From: an uncultured bacterium
GTDB taxonomy: Bacteria; Bacillota_I; Bacilli_A; RF39; UBA660
NCBI GenBank assembly: GCA_900314465.1
Contig: OMVK01000039.1
Coordinates: 1-51,665, forward strand
Length of the DNA: 51,665 nt
Direction of reading: 5' to 3'
A program made the translations under genes and the position numbers. A model generated the notes under the pieces. The model made no database searches. It had not been told where the DNA came from and worked only from the letters and a program-made list of their open reading frames with translations. Of the stretch, positions 11,155 to 23,144 are shown piece after piece (positions within the stretch are counted from its first letter, which is position 1; every line of letters begins with the position of its first letter).

Positions 11155-11568
11155 ATGACTACTATTAACCAATTAGTAAGAAAAGGAAGAAAAAATAAAG
11201 TTCGTAGAGGTAAATCCCCAGTATTAAACTCAGGTTTAAATACTATGACTAAAAAAAGAACTAATACTAATCACCCACAAATGCGTGGAGTATGTACTGT
11301 AGTTAAGACTGAAGGTCCAAAGAAACCAAACTCAGCACAAAGAAAAGTTGCTCGTGTTAAACTTTCAAATGGACGTGAAGTTAAATGTTATATTCCTGGT
11401 GAAGGACATAACCTACAAGAACACTCTGTTGTATTAATAAGAGGTGGACGTGTTAAGGATCTTATCGGTGTTCGTTATCACATAATTCGTGGTGCACTTG
11501 ATACACAAGGTGTTAATGATCGTAAACAAGCTAGAAGTAGATATGGTACAAAGAAACCAAAAAAGTAA
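11155..11568 (+). CDS. rpsL: 30S ribosomal protein S12
   Basis: [10 protein letters not shown] start after RBS AAAGGA (the track start at 11050 is too early); PKKPNSA and GGRVKD motifs. Confidence 0.98.
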   Translation: MTTINQLVRKGRKNKVRRGKSPVLNSGLNTMTKKRTNTNHPQMRGVCTVVKTEGPKKPNSAQRKVARVKLSNGREVKCYIPGEGHNLQEHSVVLIRGGRVKDLIGVRYHIIRGALDTQGVNDRKQARSRYGTKKPKK

Positions 11569-11593
11569 AATAAAAATATAAGGAGGAAAAATT

Positions 11594-12061
11594 ATGCGTA
11601 AAAGACAAGCTGTAAAGCGTGATGTATTACCAGATCCTATATATGAATCTAAAATAGTTACCAGATTAATTAACACTGTTATGAAAAAAGGTAAAAAAGG
11701 TACTGCCGAAAAGATTTTATATAGTGCATTCGATATGGTAAAAAATAAGACTGGTGAAGAACCAATGGACGTTTTCAATAAAGCTGTTGAAAATATCAAA
11801 CCAGTTCTTGAAGTAAAATCTCGTCGTGTCGGTGGAGCAAATGTTCAAGTTCCACTTGAAGTTAGCGATGAAAGAGGCCAAGCTCTTGCATTAAGATGGT
11901 TAGTTCAATATGCAAGACTAAGAAATGGTAAAAATATGGCTGAAAATTTAGCAAATGAGATTGTTGATGCTGCAAATGGACAAGGCGGAGCAGTTAAAAA
12001 ACGTGACGATGTTCATCGTATGGCTGAAGCAAATAAAGCATTTGCACATTATAGATGGTAG
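11594..12061 (+). CDS. rpsG: 30S ribosomal protein S7
   Basis: RRVGGAN and [15 protein letters not shown] motifs. Confidence 0.98.
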   Translation: MRKRQAVKRDVLPDPIYESKIVTRLINTVMKKGKKGTAEKILYSAFDMVKNKTGEEPMDVFNKAVENIKPVLEVKSRRVGGANVQVPLEVSDERGQALALRWLVQYARLRNGKNMAENLANEIVDAANGQGGAVKKRDDVHRMAEANKAFAHYRW

Positions 12062-12070
12062 GAGAAAAGT

Positions 12071-14143
12071 ATGGCTAGAGATGTTACAATAGATAAAATT
12101 AGAAATATTGGTATTATGGCACATATTGATGCCGGTAAAACTACCACAACTGAAAGAATTTTATTCCTATCAGGAAGAATTCATAAAATCGGTGAAACAC
12201 ATGATGGTGAATCACAAATGGATTGGATGGATCAAGAAAAAGAAAGAGGTATTACAATTACTTCTGCGGCTACAACTTGCCATTGGAATGGTTGTAGATT
12301 AAATATTATTGATACTCCAGGACACGTAGATTTCACTGCTGAAGTTCAAAGATCATTAAGAGTACTTGATGGTGCAATAACTTTACTTGATGCTAATGCC
12401 GGTGTTGAACCACAAACTGAAACAGTATGGAGACAAGCAAATGAATATGATGTACCAAGATTAATTTGTGCTAACAAAATGGGCAAAATTGGTGCTGACT
12501 TCTATATGTCCCTTCAATCATGCAAAGATAGATTAGGTGCAAATGTTGCTGCAATTGAATTACCTATCGGAGCAGAAGACCAATTCAGTGGTATTATCGA
12601 TTTAGTTAAAATGAAAGCTGAAATGTTTGATGGTAAGGAAGATGAGTTATTAACTGAAACTGATATTCCTGCTGACATGTTAGATAAAGCTAATGAATAT
12701 AGAACTAAATTAATTGAAGCTGTTGCTGAATTTGATGATGACTTCATGGAAAAATACCTTGAAGGTGAAGAAATAACTATTGATGAATTAAAGAAGCAAA
12801 TAAGAAAAGCTACTTTAACTGCTAAATTCTTCCCAGTTCTTTGTGCTGATGCACTAGCAAATAAAGGTGTTAGATTATTACTTGATGCTGTAGTTGATTA
12901 TTTACCAGCTCCAACTGATATACCAGCTATTGTTTGTATAGATGAAGATGGTAATGAAGTTGATAGACACCCAAGTGATGACCAACCATTTACTGCATTA
13001 GCATTCAAAATTATGACAGATCCATTTGTTGGACGTCTTGCATTCTTCCGTGTTTATTCAGGACATTTATCAGCTGGTTCTTATGTTTTAAATTCAACTA
13101 AGAACGTAAAAGAAAGAATTGGACGTATTTTACAAATGCATGCTAACAACCGTACAGAAATACAAGAAGTATATTGTGGTGAAATAGCAGCTGCAGTTGG
13201 TTTAAAAAATACTACAACTGCTGATACATTATGTGATGAAAAACATCCAGTTATCATGAAAGGTATGGAATTCCCAGAACCTGTTATGGATATTGCTATT
13301 GAACCTAAAGCTAAAGCTGATCAAGATAAACTTGCAATAGCTCTACAAAAGTTAACTGAAGAAGATCCAACTTTAAAAGTTAAAACTGATAGAGAAACTG
13401 GTCAAACAATCTTATCTGGTATGGGAGAACTTCATCTTGATGTAATTGTTACAAGAATTAAGAGAGAGTTTGGTATTGAATGTAACGAAGGTAAACCACA
13501 AGTTGCTTATCGTGAAACAATAACTGTACCTGGTGATTGTGAAGGTAAATATATTAAACAAACTGGTGGTCGTGGACAATATGGTCACGTTTGGATTAAG
13601 TTTGAACCAAATCCTGGTAAAGGCTATGAATTCGTTGATCAAGTTGTTGGCGGTGTTGTTCCAAGAGAATACATTCCAGTTGTTGATAAAGGTTTACAAG
13701 AAGCCATGGCTGGTGGTATCCTAGCTGGATATCCAGTTGTAGATGTAAAAGCCACATTACATGATGGTTCATATCATGAAGTCGATTCATCAGAAATGGC
13801 CTTCAAAGTTGCTGCAAGTCTTGCACTTAAAGCTGCTAAGGATAAATGTAAAGCTGTACTACTTGAACCAATTATGAAGGTTGTAGTTGATGTTCCAAAT
13901 GAATATGTTGGAAATGTAATGGGAGATTTAATTGGAAGAAGAGGTCGTCCAGTTAGTCAAACAGTAATGGGGGTAACAACACGTATCATTGCTATGGTTC
14001 CATTATCAGAAATGTTTGGATATACTACTGACTTAAGAAGTAATACTCAAGGCCGTGGTAATTCACAAATGTTAAAAGACCATTATGAACAAGTTCCTAA
14101 AAATATTGCAGATGAAATAATTAAGAAAAATACTGCAAATTAA
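12071..14143 (+). CDS. fusA: Elongation factor G
   Basis: [19 protein letters not shown] and GMGELHL motifs; str operon position. Confidence 0.98.
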   Translation: MARDVTIDKIRNIGIMAHIDAGKTTTTERILFLSGRIHKIGETHDGESQMDWMDQEKERGITITSAATTCHWNGCRLNIIDTPGHVDFTAEVQRSLRVLDGAITLLDANAGVEPQTETVWRQANEYDVPRLICANKMGKIGADFYMSLQSCKDRLGANVAAIELPIGAEDQFSGIIDLVKMKAEMFDGKEDELLTETDIPADMLDKANEYRTKLIEAVAEFDDDFMEKYLEGEEITIDELKKQIRKATLTAKFFPVLCADALANKGVRLLLDAVVDYLPAPTDIPAIVCIDEDGNEVDRHPSDDQPFTALAFKIMTDPFVGRLAFFRVYSGHLSAGSYVLNSTKNVKERIGRILQMHANNRTEIQEVYCGEIAAAVGLKNTTTADTLCDEKHPVIMKGMEFPEPVMDIAIEPKAKADQDKLAIALQKLTEEDPTLKVKTDRETGQTILSGMGELHLDVIVTRIKREFGIECNEGKPQVAYRETITVPGDCEGKYIKQTGGRGQYGHVWIKFEPNPGKGYEFVDQVVGGVVPREYIPVVDKGLQEAMAGGILAGYPVVDVKATLHDGSYHEVDSSEMAFKVAASLALKAAKDKCKAVLLEPIMKVVVDVPNEYVGNVMGDLIGRRGRPVSQTVMGVTTRIIAMVPLSEMFGYTTDLRSNTQGRGNSQMLKDHYEQVPKNIADEIIKKNTAN

Positions 14144-14225
14144 TTAGAGTACTTGATTTATAGAAAACTATTAGATAAAATATAATTTGTTATAAGGAAA
14201 AAAGAAATTAGAAGGAGATAATATT

Positions 14226-15395
14226 ATGACAAGAGAAAAATTCGATCGTAGTAAACCACATGTTAATATTGGTACTATTGGTCACGTTGATCATGGTAAA
14301 ACAACTTTAACTGCTGCTATTTCAAAGGAATTCTCAAAAAATCCTATGGCTTATGACCAAATAGATGGAGCTCCAGAAGAAAAAGCACGTGGAATTACTA
14401 TTAATTCTGCACATATTGAATATGAAACTGCAAAGAGACATTATGCACACGTTGATTGCCCAGGACATGCTGATTATGTTAAAAACATGATTACAGGTGC
14501 TGCACAAATGGACGGTGCTATCCTAGTTGTTTCAGCTGCTGATGGTGTTATGCCACAAACTCGTGAACATATCTTACTTGCTCGTCAAGTTGGTGTTCCA
14601 AAAATTGTTGTTTATTTAAACAAGGTTGATCAAGTTGATGATCCTGAAATTCTTGACTTAGTTGAAGAAGAAGTAAGAGATTTACTTGAAGAATATGGTT
14701 ATGATAGAAATTGTCCAGTTATTAGAGGTTCAGCTCTTAAGGCTCTTGAAGGAGATCCAGAATCAGTTAAGTCTATTCATGATTTAATGGATGCTGTTGA
14801 TGAATATATTCCAACTCCTGAAAGAGATAATGATAAACCATTCTTAATGCCAATCGAAGATGTATTCACAATCTCAGGTCGTGGTACTGTTGTAACAGGA
14901 CGTGTTGAACGTGGAGAAGTTAAGATGAATGATGAAGTTGAAATCGTTGGTCTAAGACCTACTCAAAAATCAGTAGTTACTGGTATTGAAATGTTCCGTA
15001 AGACTCTAGATTTCGCTGAAGCTGGTGATAATGCTGGTATTCTATTAAGAGGTATCGCAAGAGACCAAGTTGAAAGAGGACAAGTTTTAGCTAAACCTGG
15101 AACTGTTACTCCACATAAGAAATTTAAATGCCAAGTTTACGTATTAACTAAAGAAGAAGGTGGACGTCATACTCCATTCATGAATAATTATCGTCCACAA
15201 TTCTACTTCAGAACTACAGATGTAACTGGTGTTATTGAATTAAATCAAGGTACTGATATGGTTATGCCTGGTGATAATGTAGACTTCTCAGTTGAATTAT
15301 TAAGCCCAGTAGCACTTGAAAAAGGAACTAGATTTGCTATCCGTGAAGGTGGTAAAACAGTTGGTTCTGGTGTTGTAACTGAAATTATCGACTAA
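14226..15395 (+). CDS. tuf: Elongation factor Tu
   Basis: [21 protein letters not shown] and GSAL motifs. Confidence 0.99.
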   Translation: MTREKFDRSKPHVNIGTIGHVDHGKTTLTAAISKEFSKNPMAYDQIDGAPEEKARGITINSAHIEYETAKRHYAHVDCPGHADYVKNMITGAAQMDGAILVVSAADGVMPQTREHILLARQVGVPKIVVYLNKVDQVDDPEILDLVEEEVRDLLEEYGYDRNCPVIRGSALKALEGDPESVKSIHDLMDAVDEYIPTPERDNDKPFLMPIEDVFTISGRGTVVTGRVERGEVKMNDEVEIVGLRPTQKSVVTGIEMFRKTLDFAEAGDNAGILLRGIARDQVERGQVLAKPGTVTPHKKFKCQVYVLTKEEGGRHTPFMNNYRPQFYFRTTDVTGVIELNQGTDMVMPGDNVDFSVELLSPVALEKGTRFAIREGGKTVGSGVVTEIID

Positions 15396-15402
15396 TCAAA
15401 AT

Positions 15403-15429
15403 TAAACTCTAGTAATACTAGAGTTTTTT
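15403..15429 (+). terminator. Intrinsic terminator after tuf
   Basis: AAACTCTAGT-aat-ACTAGAGTTT plus T tract. Confidence 0.85.
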
Positions 15430-15463
15430 AATGCTTTAATGTACAATTTTACTAGGTGAGCAT

Positions 15464-16354
15464 ATGTTTAAATTAAATAATAAAGTAAAAGATATAGTCT
15501 TAAAGAAAAATAGAATACCAAGAATTGTATCTGTTATACTTGGAGCATTTATTTGTGCAGTTGTCTATAATTCATTTAATATACCCAATAATGTTGTTTC
15601 TGGTGGAGGTGGAGGTCTTGCTATTATTTTCAATAAAATGTTTGGCATACCTAATATTGTCTTTCTTGATATATTTGTTGGTATATCTCTTATCTTTTCC
15701 TTTATTTTCTTAGGAAAAAAGCATATTGTTTATTCGACGGTTGGTTATCTTGCATATACTATAATGCTAAACTTAACTTCACCAATCGCACATTATTTTG
15801 TTATGAATTTTGATTCATATTTATTTACTGTATTTATCTATGGTTTACTTAATGGAATAGGTAGTGCTTTGATTTTCCGTGCCGGATTTAATACTGGTGG
15901 AATAGATTCTTATATTGAGATATTTATGAAAAAGTTTAAAGTACCATATAAATTAGTATCTAATATTATTAATGGAATAATTATTTTAATCGGAGCTATT
16001 TATTTTGGCTTAGTAAATACTATATATACAATAATATTTTTAGTAATATCTAATTTTATTTGTGATTATTTTGAATTAGGTAATTCTACAAATAAATTAT
16101 GCTATATAAGTACTAGTAAACAAAAAGAATTAGAATATTTTTTAACTAATGAATTAAAAGTTAGTTATAATATTATTTTTTCATCAAATGGTATATTAAT
16201 ATTTAAAAAAGATATCATAATGTGTGTTGTACCTACAGATATGTTTTATGTATTAAAAGAAAAATTAAAAAGTTTAGATCCTAATTGTACTTTATATTCT
16301 GAAGATTGTTATACGGTATATGGAGGTGTAACAAATAATATTTTGCCTGTTTAA
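15464..16354 (+). CDS. YitT/YczE family membrane protein
   Basis: SGGGGGLA and GFNTGGID repeats, multiple TM helices, and a C-terminal soluble domain ending DPN...VYGG. Confidence 0.8.
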   Translation: MFKLNNKVKDIVLKKNRIPRIVSVILGAFICAVVYNSFNIPNNVVSGGGGGLAIIFNKMFGIPNIVFLDIFVGISLIFSFIFLGKKHIVYSTVGYLAYTIMLNLTSPIAHYFVMNFDSYLFTVFIYGLLNGIGSALIFRAGFNTGGIDSYIEIFMKKFKVPYKLVSNIINGIIILIGAIYFGLVNTIYTIIFLVISNFICDYFELGNSTNKLCYISTSKQKELEYFLTNELKVSYNIIFSSNGILIFKKDIIMCVVPTDMFYVLKEKLKSLDPNCTLYSEDCYTVYGGVTNNILPV

Positions 16355-16405
16355 TAAATTGTATTTATTAAAGAATGATAAAATGTTATAATTACTCTTA
16401 GGTGG

Positions 16406-17773
16406 ATGGCTATGGATACTAATAATCAAATTAATAATATGCCTAGAAAAGTTGTAATTAATACATCACAACCAAAAGTTGTTCTTGTTAAACATCAAGA
16501 TGTTAATAATTTTGTTACACCATCTGATGATAAACTTGTTGAAAAACCATTAACTAATGATTTAGTAGATGAAGTTTTGGTAAGTGATGATGCAAATCAA
16601 ATTATTACTAGTGGATTAACTGAACCAGAACTTTCTAGTCCTACTTTTGATAATCAAAACATTATAAATAATAATGCAAATGTTCTAAATGATGAAAACA
16701 AAATTACAAACTCTGTTGAAAGTAATGCAAATACTGATATAAAAAATATTGCGATAAATGCTATGGCAAGTGAAGAAGCTAAAGAACAAGCTGATGAAGA
16801 ACAAAAAGATGTTAGTATCGAAGGAAAAGAATTATACAATAACGGAGAATTTTCTAATGCTCCTAGTATGATTAAAATGTATGGCGAAGTATTAACTGAT
16901 AAAAATTACGTAACTAATCCAGCTATCGCAAGAGATGAAGAAATTGGGAAAATGATTCTTACCTTGATTACACCTGATAAAAGTGCTTTATTAGTTGGTA
17001 AACCTGGTATTGGTAAAACAGCTTTAGTTGAAGGACTTGCTTATCGTATTAATAAAGGTTTAGTACCTGATGCAATTAAGGGTTGGAAAATAATAAAAAT
17101 AAATATTCCAGCTTTACTTGGAAAAATAAATGTAAATGGCACTGAAGTAAATAAACTTCAATTATTAATAGATGAAATAGATAAAGTAGAAAAAACTATA
17201 TTATTTATTGATGAAGTACATTTACTTGTATCTCATAGTGGGGGACAAATAGATTTGGATTTTGCTAATATGTTAAAACCATATCTTGATCGTGGAAGAA
17301 TATTAATGATTGGTGCTACTACCGACAAAGAATACGAAGAATACATCTTACGTGATAGAGCTTTTGTAAGAAGATTTATAAAAATAGATATCAAAGAATT
17401 ACAAGGCGATGACGTAGTAAAAGTACTAATGGGTACTTATCCTAAATTTGAACGTGAAATGGGAGTTAAATTTAAATATACAGTCTTCCAACTTGAAAGA
17501 ATATTTAAGTGGATTGTTGATAATACAACAGAATATAAAAGAATATATGAAGTTCAAAATAGATATCCAGATATTTGTTTAACAATTGTTTCTAGTGCAT
17601 TTTCATATGCTGTATTTGAAAACTCTCCATATGTAACTTATAGTCACTTATATCTAGCAATGAAAAATACGAATACAATATATAATGATGCTAAAGAAGC
17701 CGCGATTGCTGATTTTAAAGTTAGATTTAAAAATGACTTAATAAAAGAAGGAATTGATCCTAATAAGATTTAA
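16406..17773 (+). CDS. ClpA/B-type AAA+ protein with only the first nucleotide-binding domain and a disordered N-terminus
   Basis: IARDEEI, GKPGIGKT, LFIDEVH, IGATT..EY, DRAFVRRF and RYPD motifs; no second AAA domain. Confidence 0.8.
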   Translation: MAMDTNNQINNMPRKVVINTSQPKVVLVKHQDVNNFVTPSDDKLVEKPLTNDLVDEVLVSDDANQIITSGLTEPELSSPTFDNQNIINNNANVLNDENKITNSVESNANTDIKNIAINAMASEEAKEQADEEQKDVSIEGKELYNNGEFSNAPSMIKMYGEVLTDKNYVTNPAIARDEEIGKMILTLITPDKSALLVGKPGIGKTALVEGLAYRINKGLVPDAIKGWKIIKINIPALLGKINVNGTEVNKLQLLIDEIDKVEKTILFIDEVHLLVSHSGGQIDLDFANMLKPYLDRGRILMIGATTDKEYEEYILRDRAFVRRFIKIDIKELQGDDVVKVLMGTYPKFEREMGVKFKYTVFQLERIFKWIVDNTTEYKRIYEVQNRYPDICLTIVSSAFSYAVFENSPYVTYSHLYLAMKNTNTIYNDAKEAAIADFKVRFKNDLIKEGIDPNKI

Positions 17774-18705
17774 TTCCTTATTTTTCTTTTATACCTTGAT
17801 ATGTATTTCTTTTAACCATTTCTTTATCAATATCATTTAATACAACAAACTTTTTAACTAACCATTTTGGTTCTATTAAATCTTCTTTATCTGGATCTCC
17901 TGTTATTCTTGCTATAACGATATTTTCATTTAAATATTCAAGTTGAGATATAACAATATCTATATTCTTCTTTAGTTAATATCTTAAATGGTTTCTTTAA
18001 ATACATATCTTCTAATTTAGTACCTTTAATAACATAAAGCATATGTATTTTTATACCATCTATATCAAGTCTATTTAGATATTTTGCTGTTTCAATCATA
18101 TCTTCTTTGGTTTCATATGGAAGTCCATTAATTATATGTACAACAACTTTTATATTTCTTTTCTTAAGTTCTTTTACAGCATTTTCAAAACATTTCAAAT
18201 CATGTCCACGATTAATAAGTTTTAAAGTCTTTTCGTGCATAGATTGAAGACCTAGCTCTATGGTTAAAAAAGTTTTTTTATTTAAGTCTTCTAAATAATC
18301 ATATATTTCAGAATTAAAACAATCAGGTCTTGTAGCAATATCAATACCAATTACACCAGGTATATTTAATACACTTTCATATTTTTCTTTTAATATATTA
18401 ACATCAGCATATGTATTAGAATTTGCTTGAAAATAGGCAATATATTTAGCATTTGGCCATTTCTTTAGCATCATATTTTTAATATTATTAAATTGTGTTA
18501 CTAAATCATCATTTTTATTACCGGCAAAGTCACCTGAACCACTTTCAGAACAATAAATACAACCATCATAACCTTTAGTTCCATCTCTATTTGGACAGGT
18601 AAAACCAGCATTTAAAGCAACTTTAAATACTTTCATACCAAAAGTCTTCTTATAGAAATAATTTAAAGTATAATATCTCTTATTATCTAAAGTATTTTTA
18701 AACAT
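17770..18705 (-). pseudogene. YhcC/TIGR01212-type radical SAM protein with an apparent 2-nt frameshift near 17962
   Basis: FTCPNRDG..GCIYC motif. After KEEY the family C-terminus (DIVISQLEYL...RITGD...QG) continues in another frame to TAA at 17770. Confidence 0.85.
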
Positions 18706-18771
18706 TTTTTCACATATTAATATACTAGCATAAGAATATATTATATGTTAGTATTAAATTGAGGAGTTTAT

Positions 18772-20361
18772 ATGAAAAATAACACATTTAAAACAATTTT
18801 ATTTATATTAATTATATTATTAAGTTATTATCTTTGTTTACCACCAATAAACATAACTGCTATATCATTTTGGATATTTATTATTTGGATATTATTATTA
18901 ATACTTTTAATATATATTCTTCCAGATATCGCTTCTTTTAAACATATTGTATTTAAAAATACTAATAAGTTATTTAAGATAATATCTTCTTTAATAGTAG
19001 GTATTATCGTATTAATTATTTTAATAAATATAATATGCAGCCCATTATTTAATGCTAAGAGTTATTCAAAACGTATATCAGTAAATCAATCTGGTGATTT
19101 TTCTAGGGATATCGAAGAAGTTAGTTTTAACTCTATACCTTTATTAGATAGAGATTCTTCGATGAAATTAGGAGATCGAGTAATGGGACAAATGAGTGAT
19201 TATGTTTCTCAATATTATGTTTCTGATCAATATACTCAGATTAATTATAATAATGATATATTACGTGTAACACCACTTGAATATTATGATCTTGTTAGAT
19301 GGATTATGCATGATAAAGACGGAATAAATGCTTACATAACTGTTAATTCAACAACCGGTGAAGCAAACCTAGTTAAAATTGATGGTGGAATGAAGATAAT
19401 GCCAAGTGCATATTTTAATCATGACTTAAATAGAGTATTAAGATTTAGATATCCAACTAAAATATTTGGAAATGCTAAATTTGAAATAGATGATAATGGT
19501 ATACCTTACTGGGTTGCTCCAACTATTTCTTATACCGGTATTTCTAATAAGACTAAAATAACTGGTGCCGTAATATTAAATCCAGTAACTGGTGAAAGTA
19601 AATTATATAATTTATCAGAAATACCAACATGGGTTGATAATGTCTATTATTCAAGTATAGTAATGGAAATGCTTGATGATTGGGGAATGTATATTAATGG
19701 ATTCTTTAATTCATTTATTGGTCAAAAAAATGTAGTTAAGACTACTGATGGATATAATTATTTAGCTTTAAATAACGATATATATTTATATACTGGTATT
19801 ACATCTGTTGCATCAGATGAATCTAATCTAGGTTTTGTTTTATGTAATTTAAGAACAGGTGAAACGACATACTATAGTGCACCAGGTGCTGAAGAATACT
19901 CAGCAATGTCATCAGCTGAAGGACAAGTACAACAAATGAATTACAAGAGTACTTTTCCTTTGCTTATTAATCTTGCAGGAAAACCAACATATTTAGTAAG
20001 TTTAAAAGATCAGGCAGGACTTGTTAAAATGTATGGTTTTGTCGATGTATCTGATTACCAAAAAGTTGTAGTAACAGATGCTAAAGAGGGAATAAAAGCA
20101 GCAGCACAAAATTATCTAAAAGTTTGTGGAACCAATGAAAATAACAATTTATTATTAACAAAGAAAATAACAATAAAATCAATAACTAATGTTGTAATAG
20201 ATGGTACAACATATTATTACTTACTAGATAATGATAATAATAAATATCGTATATCTATAAAAAATTATTCAAATATGCCATATATAAAAATAGGCGATAC
20301 TTTAAATATTGGATATTATGATAATAATAGTGATATTATTGAAATAAATAATATTAATTAG
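18772..20361 (+). CDS. Conserved hypothetical membrane protein (three N-terminal TM helices and a large extracytoplasmic domain)
   Basis: Long ORF with RBS GAGGAG; no function recognised. Confidence 0.75.
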   Translation: MKNNTFKTILFILIILLSYYLCLPPINITAISFWIFIIWILLLILLIYILPDIASFKHIVFKNTNKLFKIISSLIVGIIVLIILINIICSPLFNAKSYSKRISVNQSGDFSRDIEEVSFNSIPLLDRDSSMKLGDRVMGQMSDYVSQYYVSDQYTQINYNNDILRVTPLEYYDLVRWIMHDKDGINAYITVNSTTGEANLVKIDGGMKIMPSAYFNHDLNRVLRFRYPTKIFGNAKFEIDDNGIPYWVAPTISYTGISNKTKITGAVILNPVTGESKLYNLSEIPTWVDNVYYSSIVMEMLDDWGMYINGFFNSFIGQKNVVKTTDGYNYLALNNDIYLYTGITSVASDESNLGFVLCNLRTGETTYYSAPGAEEYSAMSSAEGQVQQMNYKSTFPLLINLAGKPTYLVSLKDQAGLVKMYGFVDVSDYQKVVVTDAKEGIKAAAQNYLKVCGTNENNNLLLTKKITIKSITNVVIDGTTYYYLLDNDNNKYRISIKNYSNMPYIKIGDTLNIGYYDNNSDIIEINNIN

Positions 20362-20426
20362 TAAATATCTATTTAAAATATTAAAAAATTATTATACAAT
20401 AAATACATAGAATAAGAGGTAGTTGT

Positions 20427-20897
20427 ATGTTTAAAAGAAAAAAAGAAGATTTAACACTTAAAGAAGCATATCATAATAAGCCATTAGCTTTTATATTTGA
20501 AATAATACTTTTAATATTATTTATTGCTGAATATGTTATGTTAACAGTAAGTTTAATTGGTACATTCTTAAGTGAAACACCAGATGCACTTGAAGTATCA
20601 TATACTTTACTAAATGCCATTTATATTGTTCTTGTTATGGTAGATTGTGGAGTATTATTAGTATTCTTTGGTAAAAATAATATTCAAAACTTATTTGATG
20701 ATGATTCTATTAGATTAATAAGAGAATCAGAGTTTGTTTCTTGTTTAGGATTACTAATAAGTGTTGCTATTGTATGTTTCCGTGCATTTGGATTTACAAT
20801 AGGCTTTGATGTATACAATCTTGCAGTATTAACTGCATTAAGTGGTATTGCATTTACAAGTGATTATTTCTTAACTGAACATATTAGAAAAGGCTAG
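20427..20897 (+). CDS. Hypothetical four-TM membrane protein
   Basis: RBS GAGGT, hydrophobic helices and a downstream terminator. Confidence 0.75.
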   Translation: MFKRKKEDLTLKEAYHNKPLAFIFEIILLILFIAEYVMLTVSLIGTFLSETPDALEVSYTLLNAIYIVLVMVDCGVLLVFFGKNNIQNLFDDDSIRLIRESEFVSCLGLLISVAIVCFRAFGFTIGFDVYNLAVLTALSGIAFTSDYFLTEHIRKG

Positions 20898-20941
20898 AAA
20901 TAGTCTTTTTTATTTTATATAATTTATATCATGGTGATAAA

Positions 20942-23065
20942 ATGAATGAATTAATAATAGATGAATTAACTAGTGAATTAAATGTTAATAAATCACAAGT
21001 TATTAACACTTTAAAATTACTTGAAGATGGTGGAACAATACCTTTTATTGCACGTTATAGAAAAGAAGCAACAGGTGCACTTGATGAAAATCAAATAAAA
21101 GCTATAAGTGATAAATATAATTACTATGAATCTTTATATAAAAGAAAAGAAGATGTAATAAGATTAATAAATGAAAAAGGTTTACTTACAGATGAACTTA
21201 AGAATAATATTTTATCTTGTACTAAGTTAACTGAAGTAGAAGATTTATATAGACCATATAAAGAAAAGAAGAAAACAAAAGCTACCGAAGCTATTAAAAT
21301 GGGTTTAGAACCCCTTGCTAAAAAGATAATGTCTTTTCCTACTAAAGGTAGTTTAAATGAGTTAGCTAAAGGTTATAATGTAAGTGAAGATATAGCGTTA
21401 GAAAATGCAAGTTATATTATTGCTGAATGGTTTTCTGATAATGCTTTTTATCGTAAAGGTATTAGAAATATAATATATAATCATGGTATGATAACATCTA
21501 AACAAAAAAAGAATAGTAAAGATGAAAATAAAACATATGAAATGTATTATAACTTTAGTGAACTAATAAAATATGCTAAATCATATCATATACTTGCTAT
21601 GAATCGTGGAGAAAATGAAGATATCTTAAATGTTTCTTTAACATATGATGATAATGAAGTATTAGATTATATGAAAAATCATATTATTAAAGACAAAACA
21701 TCTTTTGTATGTGAATATGTAGATAATGCCATAAAAGATTCTTTAAAAAGATTAATACTTCCATCAATTGAAAGAGAAATACGTTCAGATTTAAAAGATA
21801 GAGCAGATGAACAAGCTATAGATGTTTTTAAAGTTAATCTTGAAAATTTGCTTTTACAAAGACCACTTTCAGGTTATCGTGTACTAGGTTATGACCCAGC
21901 ATTTAGGACTGGATGCAAACTTGCTTGTTTAGACGAATCAGGAAATGTTTTACATATAGATGTTATATATCCGACTGCACCACATAATGATTTTGAAAAC
22001 TCTAAAAAGAAAGTATTAGAATTAATAGATAAATATAATTTAAATTTAGTAGCTATTGGTAATGGTACAGCATCAAGAGAATCAGAAGAATTCATTTCTA
22101 AAGTGATCGAAGATAGACCAACTGTTAAATATTTAATTGTATCTGAAGCAGGTGCATCTGTTTATTCAGCATCTAAAGTTGCACAAGAAGAATTTCCAAA
22201 ACTAGAAGTACAAGAAAGAAGTGCTATTTCTATTGGAAGAAGAGTAGAAGACCCACTATCAGAACTTGTTAAAATAGACCCTAAATCTATCGGAGTAGGT
22301 GAATATCAACATGATGTTAATCAAAAACTATTAAGTGATAATCTAGATTTTACTGTATCTAAAGTAGTTAATAGTGTTGGTGTTAATATAAATACGGCTT
22401 CCTCATTTATATTAAATTATATAAGTGGATTAACTAAAACAATGATTAATAAAATACAAGAATATAAAAAGAATAATAAAATAAAATCAAGAAATGAATT
22501 AAAAAAGATATTATCACCAAAAGCTTATGAACAATCAATTGGTTTTTTAAGAGTATATGATGGAGATAATATACTTGATAAAACAGGTATTCATCCAGAA
22601 TCATATGATGCTACTATGAAATTTTTAAAAATAATTAATTTAGATATCAAAGATATTAATACTAAAGAATTTAAAGATAAATTAAAGAATATTAAACCTA
22701 ATGATTATCTAAAAGAATTAGATATTGATGAATATACATTAAATGATATAATCAAAGAATTATTAAATCCTGGAATAGACCCAAGAACTGAAGTGGATCC
22801 ACCAATACTTAGGAGAGATGTTTTAACTATTGATGATTTAAAAGTAGGAATGAAATTAAAAGGAACAGTAAGAAATGTCTTATCGTTTGGTGCATTTGTC
22901 GATATCGGTTTACATGATGATGGTTTATTACATGTATCTAAGATGAGTAAATCATTTGTTAAAAATCCAATGGATATTGTATCTGTTGGTGATATTATTG
23001 ATGTTTATATTGATTCAATAGATAAAAATAATAATAAAATTAGTTTATCTTTATATAAGAATTAA
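20942..23065 (+). CDS. tex: Tex/YhgF RNA-binding transcriptional accessory protein
   Basis: TIPFIARYRKE, DPAFRTGCK, IGNGTASRE, GASVYSAS and a C-terminal S1 domain. Confidence 0.95.
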   Translation: MNELIIDELTSELNVNKSQVINTLKLLEDGGTIPFIARYRKEATGALDENQIKAISDKYNYYESLYKRKEDVIRLINEKGLLTDELKNNILSCTKLTEVEDLYRPYKEKKKTKATEAIKMGLEPLAKKIMSFPTKGSLNELAKGYNVSEDIALENASYIIAEWFSDNAFYRKGIRNIIYNHGMITSKQKKNSKDENKTYEMYYNFSELIKYAKSYHILAMNRGENEDILNVSLTYDDNEVLDYMKNHIIKDKTSFVCEYVDNAIKDSLKRLILPSIEREIRSDLKDRADEQAIDVFKVNLENLLLQRPLSGYRVLGYDPAFRTGCKLACLDESGNVLHIDVIYPTAPHNDFENSKKKVLELIDKYNLNLVAIGNGTASRESEEFISKVIEDRPTVKYLIVSEAGASVYSASKVAQEEFPKLEVQERSAISIGRRVEDPLSELVKIDPKSIGVGEYQHDVNQKLLSDNLDFTVSKVVNSVGVNINTASSFILNYISGLTKTMINKIQEYKKNNKIKSRNELKKILSPKAYEQSIGFLRVYDGDNILDKTGIHPESYDATMKFLKIINLDIKDINTKEFKDKLKNIKPNDYLKELDIDEYTLNDIIKELLNPGIDPRTEVDPPILRRDVLTIDDLKVGMKLKGTVRNVLSFGAFVDIGLHDDGLLHVSKMSKSFVKNPMDIVSVGDIIDVYIDSIDKNNNKISLSLYKN

Positions 23066-23144
23066 TAATAATATTCAGTTGCATAAATAAAAAAATATGA
23101 TATAATTTTAATTGTCTAGTGATTAGATAGTTAAAATTATTTAT

